Source of the DNA: Trichosphaerium sp. ATCC 40318
Lineage: Eukaryota; Protista; Tubulinea
DNA: 64,000 nucleotides
Direction of reading: 5' to 3'
NCBI GenBank assembly: GCA_038496445.1
Contig: JALMLS010000531.1
Coordinates: 124,001 to 188,000, forward strand
The translations under genes and the position numbers were made by a program. Below the pieces are notes generated by a model that was given only the letters and a program-made list of their open reading frames with translations, was not told where the DNA came from and did no database searches. Each line of letters starts with the position of its first letter. Position 1 is the stretch's first letter. Shown one piece after another: positions 50,216-64,000 of the stretch.

Positions 50216-51539
50216 ATGGCAGGTTGGAGGTAAGAGTAGCACTACCATCAAATAAGCTAAAAAACGGTAGGGATCATGGAAGTAAGCCAAGAAGCGGCGG
50301 TATGGCATCCGCTAGCGTTGCAAACGTCGATAGACGCGAAAGGCTGCGCCAACTCGCTTTGGAAACAATAGATCTATCCAAGGTAACATTAAATATCATA
50401 TTCAGCCTCTAAATATGCTTTAGGATCCATATTTTATGCGTAATCACTTAGGTTCATACGAGTGCAAATTATGCCTTACGCTTCACAGTAACGAAGCCAA
50501 TTACCTCGCTCATACACAAGGTAACAAACAAATCAAAAACAATTTATTTATTTGGCCACCAAGTATTTTAACTACCAACGTCTTGTATGGACCTTATTCT
50601 AACTGCGAAATAAAGGTAGACGCCATCAGCAAAATTTGGCAAGACGAGCTGCCCGCGAAAAGCAATTAATGTCTGGCACGCCGTCTCAGACACTGATGGC
50701 AACACCAGCCGTTCCCATAGCTGTTAAAAAGCCGGCAGCGCCGATAATACCCATACGGCGTAAAACGGTCAAAATTGGGATACCAGGTACGCCTTTCAAC
50801 GCATTGACAAGCGTTTAATACATTTTAAACGATTTCACTTCAAAAGTCATCAATGACAAGTTCTACATTTCTCTTAAATGATTTGTCAACAACTCCTCAC
50901 TCTCTGCTAAGGTTATACTGTTTTAAAAAAGAAAGATCCAGAAACAGGTCAAAAAAATCTTCTTTTTACAATTAGTTACCCAGAGATTGCTGATGGACAC
51001 CAACCTCGACACAGGTTTATGGGTGCATATGAACAACGTGTTGAAGCTCCAGATAAAAATTATTTGTACTTGTTATTCGCTGCTGAGCCTTACGAGACTA
51101 TTGCATTTAAAATACCTGCTGGTGTACGTATAACTCTGTACTTTTAATCAGCAAAGAAGATAGAGTAAAACTCTATTCTGAAGCAAACTCGATAGCGAAC
51201 TCCGCGTTTACTTTTTTTTTTGAAATTTTGGTTTATTTCACAATACTGACAAGCTATTGAATTTAGGATATTGAAAGAAGTGTTGATCCAAACAAAAAGG
51301 GTAGACTGTGGACTGAGTGGAACAAGGACACAAAAACGTTTACGGTACGACAATAAATAATAAACGAGAAAATTGATAAAGAAAATTTTTTTCTGGATTT
51401 ACTATTTGTATTTACAATATCTTACGCCATTGTGTAGTTGCAACTGTACTTTAAACTCCCTAAACAAGAGAAAGACATTCCTCAAAAGAAGGTTGATTCA
51501 ACAACTATCTCTAACCCTCTTAACCCAATGTACAACTGA
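50216..51539 (+). CDS. SF3A2: Splicing factor 3A subunit 2 (SF3a66/Prp11)
   Basis: DRRERLRQLALETIDLSKDPYFMRNHLGSYECKLCLTLH...YLAHTQG; PRHRFMGAYEQRVEAPDK...LLFAAEPYETIAFKIP. Confidence 0.96.
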
Positions 51540-51855
51540 GAAGTGTACCCAAAAAAATACAATTAATTAATGGTGAAAAAAAGCACAACGTAGTCTAATC
51601 TTCTTTTTGCTTGGTTTTTCCCTTCCAAAATCCGGCTGTAAACAAAATGAGATTTTCTGCTTACGTACTATTCTTTAAGCACTGTTCTACTCCGAATACT
51701 AAGGGTATTATTATTAGCTTCTTCTCTAAGTGATCGAGAACTGACCCTTTGATTTTTTTGTCTATAAAAATCTTCTGGGTTGTGGAACATTTTTTCTTTT
51801 ATCAAGTTCAATTTACCGCACAATCTAAAGGTCAGATATCCCAACAGGCTGCGTG

Positions 51856-54800
51856 ATGCTTCTTCACAGCCTGGTGATCCTATTGGGACTGTTACAGCTA
51901 TTCAGTCACGTGCGGACGCAATCCTTGCCGCTCATTGATAACTTTCATGTTAATACACCCGCGCTTGAAGTTACAATGTCCCAACCACGTGCTGGCATCT
52001 CCACCGTCGATCCAACCATGGGATCTTCAATATTAGGCGGAGAGAGAGATATGCTTGCCCTTTATACAGACGTACGTATATTATTAATTTATACTGCTAA
52101 TTCAGCATTTGTGTTACCCACTTTGCTAAATGAATAATTTTGGTGTTTTTTTGACACTAGGATGTCTCTCATTATAAACTTTTGGGAGTATTATATTTTA
52201 ATACTACTTTGTTTTTTGATTGGCTAGTAGCAGTGATCGACCAAACGTTTTTTTGCTAAAATTAAGGCGATTTACAATATTAATCGTATTGGACAAGCGA
52301 AATGACGATCGCTTGTTTACTTTTGTTGTTATTGCTATTTTAGAAAAATATACGCTAGAAAGAGCCTTTTTCTTTGTCGTTTTCCATCGCACGTGGTCAT
52401 AAATTTCTATCACGTGATCTCTTTGGGGATTTTTTTTTGGTGTAATCGTCATGATCCATATTCGCATATTATAGAACACTTACATCGTATAAGGGTCCGT
52501 CAGGCTTGAGATGTGAAGTCACAGGAAATGCGGATCCTCCACCAGAGTTAATCGTTGAGGTTGGAAGCGACTCTACTGGTTCTTGTACTTTAACATATGA
52601 TGGCATGGACCTAGATCCAAGCGTAGACGCTGGATTAGCTTCTCCTGTAGATTTACTACAATTTGGAGCAGGTGAGAAAGCGCAACTAGAGCATGATGTT
52701 CAACTTAGAAGTTCTTTTATTTTTGCATTTTTTTTCTTCGTTCTGGAAATTTACCTTTTTAATTTAATCTTGCCCTTAGATTGCTGGTTTATCCGAATAT
52801 CAAGCGCGGATGTAGATGTTATGATATCTTGCGAAGCTGAGACGCCTAGCGGACAAGTAGCGACTAGTTCTATACAAACGATGATGCGTATTTTTCAGCC
52901 TGGCGTAGATATTTGTATGCCATTTGCAGAGTCTCTTGATGTATACAGAGATACAAGTATTATTAGATGTACATTTCAAAGCGCTGGAGATGTAGCTCTT
53001 GATGCTACATTTAAATATATATGTGTAGCATCTCCTATATTATCCACAACGGCATGGGAGCCTTTAATTGATGTTCCGCCAAGCGGTGTTTCGATAGGTA
53101 TTTGCTTGGGAATTTTTCTTTATTCTCCCTTTTTTTCCCCTTTTTATTTTTACGGTATGTGGACTGCTTTTGTTAACTTTTCTTCCTTTGTATCTTTTAG
53201 GCGATACTGTGAAAGTCAATTATACTTTTGGCAATTTTGCTACTCTACCAGCGAGAACAATTACTGCAACAGCTTCAATACCAATTGATAGATCTATTGG
53301 ACGAATTATGCAAGCTAGTGTTATGATAATGCCGACGACTCAAGTACAACCTTTTTTTAAAAAAACACGTGCGATTGGATGTTAACAAAACCCCTCTAGA
53401 CCATACCTTTTAGAGTCGATGTCAACCAAATGGACGGAACTGATACGCTTGTTATTGGTCCTGTTGATCTAGGACCTGATGAATTCATTACAGCGATGTT
53501 TGGGGTTGACATTGTAGCTGAAGGAAATCTTGTCATCCAAGGTAGTGTTGATCATGGTAGAGGCATAAGTCAATCCGTGGATGCTGCATCAAGGTAAAGT
53601 ACCGTTTCCAGTTGTTGCCTATTTAAACTGTATCGCGCTTGATTAACAGCTTACGTTTTTTAACAGTCAAATGACGAACATCACAGAAGCTTGTCAACAA
53701 CCATCACCAACAATTATACCTATTGGGAATGTACGTATTACTTAACTTTTCTGAACTTCCTCGTGTATCCTTTCCTAAAGTTATTTAAAGCCGGTGCCTT
53801 CTACAATGCCACCAATGTTTACACCATCAACAATCGCTTCGCCAGCGACTATTAATACACCTTCTACCATAATTTCACCGAGGTAAGTTGAACCACAAGC
53901 GTACACTAGGATGTTTTCTAACTTTAACAACAGCACTACTATTACACCTTCGACTATCAGCGCACCAGCTACAGTTTTGACACCATCAACTATACAGACA
54001 CCGTCAACTGTAGTATCACCAGCAACAGTAGCAACACCTTCGACAATCAATGCACCATCAACAGTTATAACGCCAACTTCTGTTGTTACGCCTTCAACGA
54101 TTGTCACACCTGGCACAGTACAGACGCCTTCAACTATAAATTCGCCGGCAACTGTAATAACACCTTCAACGATCAATGCACCAGCGACAGTTGTGACGCC
54201 AACCACAATAAACGCACCAGCAACGATCATCACGCCAGCTACTGTAGTGACTCCGTCAACTATCAATACACCTAGTACTGTGCAGACACCATCAACAATA
54301 AGCTCTCCTTCAACAGTAGCTACACCTTCAACGGTACAGACACCATCAACAGTTGTCACACCTTCAACGATTATTGCACCAAGGTATGTTTTCTCACTTC
54401 GATTCTTTTTTTTTTAATACGTTGATTTAGCACTGTTCAGACGCCTTCAACTATTAATTCGCCTGCAACTGTTATAACACCATCAACGATTAATAGTCCA
54501 TCAACAGTACAGACACCAAGGTAAAAACGTGACCTATCACATGATTGATTGTATCAAGAAAAAAAAACTTACAGCCATTTTAGTACAATCCAAACACCGT
54601 CAACGATCATCACACCTGGAACAGTGGTGAGCCCATCGACTGTGAACGTACCTTCTACGATGCTTACACCATCGTCTGTGATGGTCCCTTCTACTTTGGC
54701 AACGCCTTCAACTTTTGCAACACCGTCTACGATAAACAATCCGTCGACTGTTATAACGCCTTCTACGGTTAACACACCAGCAACAGTGGTTACGCCATCG

Positions 54801-57800
54801 ACACTAAATACACCATCAACAGTTCAGACGCCAAGGTAAACAAACATCGAAGTATATCTTTTCTAAGCCTAGCATTAGTACGATACAAACACCGTCAACG
54901 ATCATCACGCCTGGAACAGTGGTGAGCCCGTCGACGGTGAATGTTCCTTCTACTGTGATTACGCCATCGTCTGTGGTTGTTCCATCAACAGTTGCAACCC
55001 CTTCAACAATCCAGACGCCATCTACGATTATCACACCTTCATCAGTTGTGAGTCCATCAACAGTTAATGTTCCTTCAACGATGCTCAACCCATCAACTGT
55101 GATGACACCTTCTACCTTGGCAACGCCTTCGACAATTCAGACACCGTCAACTGTGATAACACCGTCTTCGGTTGTGAGTCCAGCAACTGTTAATGTTCCT
55201 TCAACGATGATCACTCCGTCAACCGTGATGACGCCTTCCACTTTGGCCACGCCTTCTACGATACAAACGCCATCAACAGTGATTACACCATCAGCAGTAG
55301 TTAGTCCAGCGACGGTAAATGTACCTTCGACAATGGTTAATCCGTCAACTGTGGTGACTCCATCTACTTTGGCAACACCTTCAACCGTTATGGTTCCATC
55401 AACTTTGGCTACTCCTTCAACGATCCAGACGCCTGGAACAGTGATCACACCGAGTTCAGTGGTGAGTCCAGCTACAGTGAATGTACCTTCGACAATGATC
55501 ACACCTTCAACCGTTATGGTTCCATCAACTTTGGCTACTCCTTCAACGATCCAGACACCATCAACCTTGGCAACGCCTTCTACAATTCAGACACCATCAA
55601 CAGTGGTCACACCTTCTTCGGTAGTGAGTCCAGCAACAGTGAATGTTCCATCGACAATGGTTACACCGTCGACAGTGATGACACCTTCCACTTTGGCAAC
55701 GCCTTCGACAATACAGACACCGTCCACAGTGATCACACCTAGTGCTGTACAAACACCATCTACATTGAGTGTTCCATCAACAGTAGTTACACCTTCTGCA
55801 ATTCAGACACCTTCAACAATTGCAACACCATCCACTATCGCAACACCATCTACTGTTCAGACACCAAGGTACAAATAATTATTTATGTAACACATCGATT
55901 AACTTTATTGTAGTACAATACAAACTCCATCAACGATTATCACACCTTCGTCTGTTGTGAGTCCATCAACAGTGAATGTTCCATCGACGATGGTTAATCC
56001 TTCAACTGTGATGACTCCTTCAACCTTGGCGACGCCTTCGACAATACAGACACCATCTACGATCATAACACCGAGTGCTGTACAGACACCATCGACGTTG
56101 AGTGTTCCTTCGACTGTTGTCACACCTTCAGCGATACAGACACCATCAACTGTTGCGACACCATCCACTATTCAGACGCCATCTACAGTGCAGACGCCAA
56201 GGTAATTATAGAATGTTTTTATTTGTTTGTGTTAACTTGTTGCTAGTACTATACAAACACCGTCTACAACGATCACACCGTCTTCAGTTGTATCTCCAGC
56301 CACAGTGAATGTCCCATCGACAATGATCACGCCATCCACTGTAATGGTACCTTCAACGTTGGCAACTCCTTCAACGATACAGACACCATCAACAGTGATC
56401 ACGCCTTCTTCGGTAGCAAGTCCGGCAACCATTAATGTGCCATCGACAATGATCACACCTTCAACGGTGATGGTACCTTCGACTTTGGCAACCCCTTCAA
56501 CTATTCAGACGCCATCTACAGTTATCACGCCGTCTTCTGTTGTGAGCCCGGCAACTGTAAATGTTCCATCGACAATGGTCAATCCATCAACAGTTATGAC
56601 GCCCTCGACTTTGGCAACACCTTCGACCATTCAGACGCCATCGACAACTATCACGCCTGCATCTGTTGTTAGTCCTGCAACTGTAAACGTACCTTCGACT
56701 ATGATTACACCGTCTACAGTGATGACACCATCTACTTTGGCAGCACCGTCAACGATCCAGACACCTTCGACTGTGATAACGCCTTCTTCAGTTGTTAGTC
56801 CGGCAACTGTTAATGTTCCATCGACAATGCTGAATCCGTCAACTGTGATGACTCCTTCGACTTTGGCAACGCCTTCGACCATACAGACACCGTCCACAGT
56901 GATAACACCTGCATCAGTTGTTAGTCCTGCAACAGTGAATGTACCTTCGACAATGATCACGCCGTCGACTGTGATGACTCCTTCAACTTTGGCAACGCCC
57001 TCGACGATCCAAACACCGTCTACAATTATAACACCAACGGCAGTAGTGAGTCCTGCAACAGTGAACGTACCTTCGACAATGCTGAATCCATCAACTGTGA
57101 TTACTCCTTCCACTTTGGCAACACCTTCTACGATTCAAACGCCATCAACAACTATAACTCCAACGGCAGTTGTTAGTCCTGCAACAGTCAATGTTCCGTC
57201 GACAATGCTAACTCCTTCTGCTGTTGTTGTTCCTTCAACTGTTGCAACACCTTCGACAATACAGACGCCATCAACAGTGCAGACGCCAAGGTACCTTTTT
57301 TTTTTATAATTACAATAAACTAATGTCGAATGTAGTACAATCCAAACACCGTCAACTGTTGTCACACCATCGAGTGTTGTTAGTCCATCAACAGTGAATG
57401 TGCCTTCGACAATGATCACCCCTTCAACTGTGATGACTCCATCCACACTGGCTACGCCGTCAACGATTCAGACACCTTCTACGACAATAACACCAACAGC
57501 TGTTGTGAGTCCTGCAACAGTCAATGTTCCTTCTACGATGCTCACTCCTTCCGCTGTGGTTGTTCCGTCTACTGTTGCTACACCTTCAACAATCGCAACA
57601 CCGTCAACAATCGTTGCTCCATCAACAGTGGTGACTCCTTCGACGATCAATGCTCCTGCAACCGTCTTAACGCCATCCACTATTAGCACACCATCAACAG
57701 TGGTAACACCATCTACGATAAACACTCCGTCAACGTTGCAGACACCAAGGTAAATTCTCAGTATATCCTTTTCTTTTGATTATAGCTAACAATCTTGTCA

Positions 57801-60800
57801 GTACCATTCAGACACCGTCTACAACGATCACACCGAGTGCTGTACAGACACCATCGACATTGAGTGTTCCGTCAACTGTTGTCACACCTTCTGCGATACA
57901 GACTCCATCAACGATAGCAACACCTTCCACTATTCAGACGCCATCAACAGTGCAGACGCCAAGGTATTTATAGATGATACGATTTTATTTATTTGTATTA
58001 ACTTGTGGTAGTACCATTCAAACACCGTCGACAACGATCACACCTAGTGCTGTACAAACACCATCAACGTTGAATGTCCCTTCGACGGTTGTTACACCTT
58101 CTGCAATACAGACACCTTCAACTGTTGCAACACCTTCCACAATTGCAACACCATCGACAGTGCAGACGCCAAGGTACCATTTAAACAACAGTTTTATTAG
58201 TTTGATAAAACTAATGTGAATGTAGTACAATCCAAACTCCGTCAACTGTTATAACACCTGGAACTGTTGTTACACCTTCAACAGTGAATGTGCCTTCCAC
58301 GATGCTAAATCCATCATCTGTTGTTGTTCCTTCTACTATTGCTTCTCCAGCAACAATCGCAACACCGTCCACAATAAGTGCTCCTTCAACGATTATTACA
58401 CCCGCGACAATATCTGCACCAAGTACTTTGGTTACACCATCAACCATAAACACACCTTCAACGGTTCAAACACCAAGGTACCTATTTAAAATACATCGAT
58501 GTTTCGTTACTTACAATTTTTTTAGTACTATCCAAACGCCATCTACAACAATCACACCATCCACAGTAGTGTCTCCATCAACAGTTAATGTTCCGTCGAC
58601 TGTGATTACACCTTCTACCGTGATAGTTCCTTCAACTTTGGCAACACCGTCTACGATTCAGACACCTTCGACTGTTGTTACACCTTCGTCTGTAGTGTCG
58701 CCAGCAACAGTGAATGTACCTTCGACAATGGTCAATCCGTCAACTGTGGTGACTCCATCAACTTTGGCAACTCCTTCAACTATACAGACGCCTTCAACAG
58801 TGATAACACCGTCTTCGGTTGTGAGCCCTGCAACAGTTAATGTACCTTCGACAATGGTTACGCCGTCAACAGTTGTGACACCATCAACTTTGGCAACTCC
58901 ATCGACGATCCAGACACCTTCAACTGTGGCAACGCCATCCACGATACAAACACCATCAACAGTTATCACACCTTCTTCAGTTGTGAGTCCAGCGACCGTC
59001 AATGTTCCTTCCACGATGGTTAATCCTTCAACTGTGATGACTCCTTCTACCTTGGCGACGCCTTCGACCATACAGACACCGTCTACGATCATAACACCTA
59101 GTGCTGTACAGACACCATCGACACTGAATGTACCTTCAACAGTTGTTACACCTTCTGCGATACAAACACCATCTACCATTGCAACACCTTCCACTATTGC
59201 AACACCATCGACAGTACAGACGCCAAGGTACTTAACTAATGAGATTTTATATTGATTTTAACTTATTGTGGCTAGTACCATCCAAACACCGTCAACGACG
59301 ATCACACCATCTTCAGTTGTAACTCCATCAACAGTCAATGTACCATCGACTTTGATCACTCCATCGACTGTAATGGTACCTTCAACATTGGCAACACCTT
59401 CAACAATACAGACGCCTTCAACTGTGATCACGCCTTCTTCTGTTGCAAGTCCAGCTACTATTAATGTACCATCGACAATGATTACACCTTCAACTGTGAT
59501 GGTACCTTCGACTTTGGCAACCCCTTCAACAATTCAGACGCCATCTACAGTTATCACACCGTCTTCAGTTGTGAGTCCAGCGACTGTCAATGTTCCATCG
59601 ACGATGATCACACCGTCTACAGTGATGACACCATCTACTTTGGCAACACCGTCAACGATTCAGACACCTTCGACAGTGATCACGCCTTCATCAGTTGTGA
59701 GTCCAGCAACTGTAAATGTTCCGTCCACAATGCTGAATCCATCAACTGTAATGACACCTTCAACGTTGGCAACTCCTTCAACAATTCAGACACCATCAAC
59801 GATAATCACACCATCTTCAGTTGTAAGTCCTGCGACTGTAAATGTTCCTTCAACAATGGTCACTCCATCGACAGTGATGACACCCTCCACTTTGGCGACG
59901 CCTTCGACCATACAGACGCCATCTACAGTTATCACACCTTCTTCAGTTGTTAGTCCAGCAACGGTCAATGTGCCATCAACGATGCTTAATCCATCAACTG
60001 TGATGACTCCTTCAACCTTGGCGACGCCTTCGACAATACAGACACCGTCTACGATCATAACACCGAGTGCTGTACAGACACCATCGACATTGAGTGTTCC
60101 TTCGACTATTGTCACACCTTCTGCGATACAAACACCGTCGACCATTGCAACACCCTCTACTATTGCGACACCATCTACAATAGTATCACCATCATCTGTG
60201 CAGTCGCCAAGCACATTGCAGGTACCTTCGACAGTATTGATGCCATCTACTGTTATGACACCTTCCACCTTGGCAACACCATCAACAATACAGACACCAT
60301 CGACAGTGATCACACCTAGTGCTGTGCAAACGCCGTCTACGTTGAGTGTTCCTTCAACAGTAGTTACACCTTCTGCAATTCAGACACCTTCAACAATTGC
60401 AACACCTTCCACTATCGCAACACCATCTACTGTTCAGACACCAAGGTACACAAATAATTATTTATGTAACACATCGATTAACTTTATTGTAGTACAATAC
60501 AAACTCCATCGACGATTATCACACCTTCATCTGTTGTGAGTCCATCAACAGTGAATGTTCCTTCAACGATGGTTAATCCATCAACTGTGATGACTCCTTC
60601 AACCTTGGCGACACCTTCGACAATACAGACACCGTCTACGATCATAACACCGAGTGCTGTACAAACTCCATCTACGTTGAGTGTTCCTTCAACAGTAGTT
60701 ACACCTTCAGCGATACAAACACCATCAACGATAGCAACACCATCCACTATTGCGACGCCATCGACTATTGTGTCACCTTCAACTGTTCAAACTCCAAGCA

Positions 60801-63800
60801 CGTTGCAAGTACCTTCAACAGTACTCACACCATCAACGGTTGCAACACCATCAACAGTAGCTACCCCAGCAACTGTATTAACACCTTCGACATTGAACAC
60901 ACCTTCAACAGTGGTAACCCCAGGAACAATAAACGCACCAGCCACAGTGATCACGCCTACAACAGTTGTGACACCTTCGACCATTGCAACACCTGGAACG
61001 ATACAGACTCCTTCAACAATACAGACACCATCAACAGTGATCACACCGAGTGCTGTACAAACACCATCAACGTTGAGTGTTCCTTCAACTGTTGTTACAC
61101 CTTCTGCAATTCAAACGCCTTCAACAGTAGCAACACCTTCCACTATTGCAACACCATCAACAATCGTGTCACCTTCAACTGTCCAGACACCTAGCACAGT
61201 TCAAACACCATCGACTGTAGTAACCCCTTCAACTGTTGTAACCCCTAGTACTGTCCAGACACCTTCAACAGTAAACGTTCCATCAACAGTTTTGACGCCT
61301 TCAACTGTGAATGTACCTTCAACAGTTGCAACACCAGCAACGATCAGTACGCCATCCACAGTTGTGACACCCTCAACAATCCAGACACCTTCCACTTTTG
61401 TTGCACCTTCAACTGTTGTGACTCCATCAACTGTACAGACACCATCAACAATACAGACACCAAGGTACGCTTAACTATTCAAACAACATATTATTTCTCT
61501 GATTAATTATTTTGTAGTACAATACAGACACCGTCTACAACAATAACACCAAGTTCTGTTGTCAGTCCTGCAACGGTTAATGTACCTTCCACGATGGTCA
61601 CTCCTTCTGCAGTCGTTGTTCCATCCACAGTCGCAACACCTTCAACCATTGCTACGCCTTCAACAATAGTTGCACCATCCACGATTATCGCGCCATCAAC
61701 AGTTAATGTCCCATCTACGATAATAACACCAGCAACGGTGATGGTACCTTCAACATTGGCAACACCTTCAACGATACAGACGCCTTCGACAGTGGTAACT
61801 CCGTCTTCAGTTGTGAGCCCTTCAACTACGAACGTACCTTCGACAATGATCACGCCTTCAACTGTAATAACTCCTTCTACTTTGGCAACACCTTCAACTA
61901 TACAGACACCATCAACTTTGGCAACGCCTTCTACAATTCAGACACCATCAACAGTTGTCACACCTTCTTCAGTTGTGAGTCCAGCAACAGTTAATGTACC
62001 TTCGACTATGATCACACCTTCGACTGTTATGGTACCATCAACATTGGCGACACCATCAACAATACAGACGCCTTCAACAATAATAACGCCAACTGCAGTT
62101 GTCAGCCCTTCAACAGTGAATGTTCCAGCAACGATGATCAACCCGTCAACAGTTCAGACGCCTTCAACCTTGGCAACTCCATCCACGATACAAACACCAT
62201 CCACAGTGATAACGCCTTCTTCAGTTGTGAGTCCAGCGACTGTAAATGTTCCTTCAACAATGGTTAATCCTTCAACTGTGGTGACACCATCGACTTTGGC
62301 AACTCCTTCAACAATCCAGACACCTTCAACGATTGTTGCCCCAAGTACCATTATCACTCCTTCAACAGTCAATGTACCTTCGACTGTTGTTACGCCATCT
62401 AGTGTCGTAGCTCCTTCCACAGTGATTACACCGTCAACGATCATTACACCTTCGACTGTACAGACACCAAGGTAACCTCACAACATTAATCCCAGTTTAC
62501 TTATCCTTTGTGTAGTACAATTCAAACACCTTCGACAGTAATCACGCCTTCATCAGTTGTAAGTCCAGCAACGGTTAACGTACCTTCAACAATGCTCAAT
62601 CCATCAACTGTGATGACTCCTTCCACCTTGGCGACTCCTTCAACAATACAGACACCATCGACAGTGATCACACCTAGTGCTGTGCAAACGCCATCAACGT
62701 TGAGTGTTCCTTCAACAGTAGTTACACCTTCTGCAATTCAGACACCTTCAACAATTGCAACACCTTCCACTATCGCAACACCATCTACTGTTCAGACACC
62801 AAGGTACACAAACATCATTTTATGTAACATAAATTAACTTTATTGTAGTACAATACAAACTCCATCGACGATTATCACACCTTCATCTGTTGTGAGTCCA
62901 TCAACAGTCAATGTTCCTTCAACGATGGTTAATCCATCAACTGTGATGACGCCTTCCACTTTGGCCACGCCTTCAACAATACAGACACCGTCTACGATCA
63001 TAACACCGAGTGCTGTACAAACACCATCTACGTTGAGTGTTCCTTCAACAGTAGTTACACCTTCAGCGATACAAACGCCGTCTACTATTGCAACACCTTC
63101 CACGATTGCAACGCCATCAACGGTGCAGACGCCAAGGCACGTAACTAATGAGATTTTACTTTATTAACTTGTTACTAGTACCATCCAAACACCTTCAACA
63201 ACGATCACACCATCTTCAGTTGTATCTCCGGCCACTGTCAATGTCCCATCGACAGTGATTACACCATCCACTATTATTACACCGTCAAGTGTTGCGACAC
63301 CTTCGACGATCCAGACACCATCAACAGTAATCACACCTTCCTCAGTCGTAAGTCCAGCAACAGTGAACGTGCCATCAACGATGATCACTCCATCTACAGT
63401 GATGGCTCCTTCAACATTGGCAACGCCTTCAACAATACAGACACCTTCTACGACTATAACACCAACAGCTGTTGTGAGCCCGGCCACTGTTAATGTGCCG
63501 TCAACAATGCTTACTCCTTCCGCTGTTGTTGTACCTTCGACAGTTGCAACTCCTTCAACAATTGTAGCCCCATCAACAGTTGTTACCCCGTCTACTATCA
63601 GCACACCGTCTACTGTACAAACTCCAAGGTAAGTAATAACTATCTAAGACAAACAAATGCACCTAACAACTTTGTAGTACGATACAGACACCAGCAACCA
63701 TAGTCACACCTTCCTCGGTAGTGAGTCCAGCAACAGTGAATGTACCTTCAACGATGATCACTCCTTCGACGGTGATGGTCCCTTCAACACAGGCAACGCC

Positions 63801-64000
63801 TTCCACTATTGCAACCCCTTCAACTATTGTGGCTCCTTCGACAGTGATCACCCCTTCAACAATAGTTGCACCGTCCACTGTGGTAACACCATCAACAATC
63901 AGCACTCCATCAACAACGATAACACCGAGTGCTGTGCAGACACCATCAACATTGAGCGTTCCTTCAACAGTTGTTACACCTTCAGCAATACAAACACCAT
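51856..64000 (+). CDS. Giant secreted Thr/Pro/Ser hexapeptide-repeat (mucin-like) protein; continues past the window
   Basis: Signal peptide MLLHSLVILLGLLQLFSHVRTQ; globular N-terminal region (ILGGERD...TYDGMD); repeat exons from about 53790 all splice in frame. Confidence 0.85.
53790..64000 (+). repeat. Coding 18-bp tandem repeat (T-h-x-T-P-S) with a 126-bp/42-aa higher-order unit
   Basis: Recurrent unit TIQTPS-TVITPS-SVVSPA-TVNVPS-TMxxPS-TVMTPS-TLATPS with varied synonymous codons. Confidence 0.95.

Noticed and set aside
53781-63905. Many minus-strand ORFs rich in VDG/VEG repeats
   Set aside because: Antisense shadows of the plus-strand TPST repeat; splice signals and the signal peptide support only the plus strand.
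53790-64000. CRISPR-like or satellite array
   Set aside because: No constant repeat with unique spacers; variation is concentrated at synonymous positions, as expected for a coding repeat.

Overview
Gene-dense, intron-rich, AT-rich eukaryotic nuclear DNA using the standard code, with short GT-AG introns, frequent GTACGT/GTAAGT donors and a few GC-AG introns. The gene content suggests a free-living protist, probably an amoebozoan (inference). Gene models were spliced by eye, so their ends are approximate. Recognisable genes: CNOT4, Pol III subunit RPC6/RPC34, SF3A2, a CaMK-type kinase, an ankyrin-RhoGEF(DH/PH)-Kelch protein, SH3, MORN and F-box proteins, and probable MED18 and APC16-like genes. 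Two bacterial-type RNA-chemistry enzymes carry introns: a DUF523+DUF1722 RudS/YbgA-like desulfidase and a HAD_SAK_2 phosphatase. The most unusual part is an accessory island at about 32.9-46.9 kb. It holds three mosaic copies of a basic protein with a CheD/CNF1-like Cys-His deamidase motif. Two of these copies form a ~1.2-kb inverted repeat around a gene with six ~70-aa repeats plus a PD-(D/E)XK-like nuclease domain, a MORN2/YwqK-like fragment and two tiny helix-hairpin-helix ORFs. The island also has a hAT-type MITE (19-bp TIR, 8-bp TSD) that splits an ORF. From 51.9 kb to beyond the window end lies a giant secreted protein with over 10 kb of strictly hexameric T-h-x-T-P-S repeats, split by 18 introns at the same codon position.
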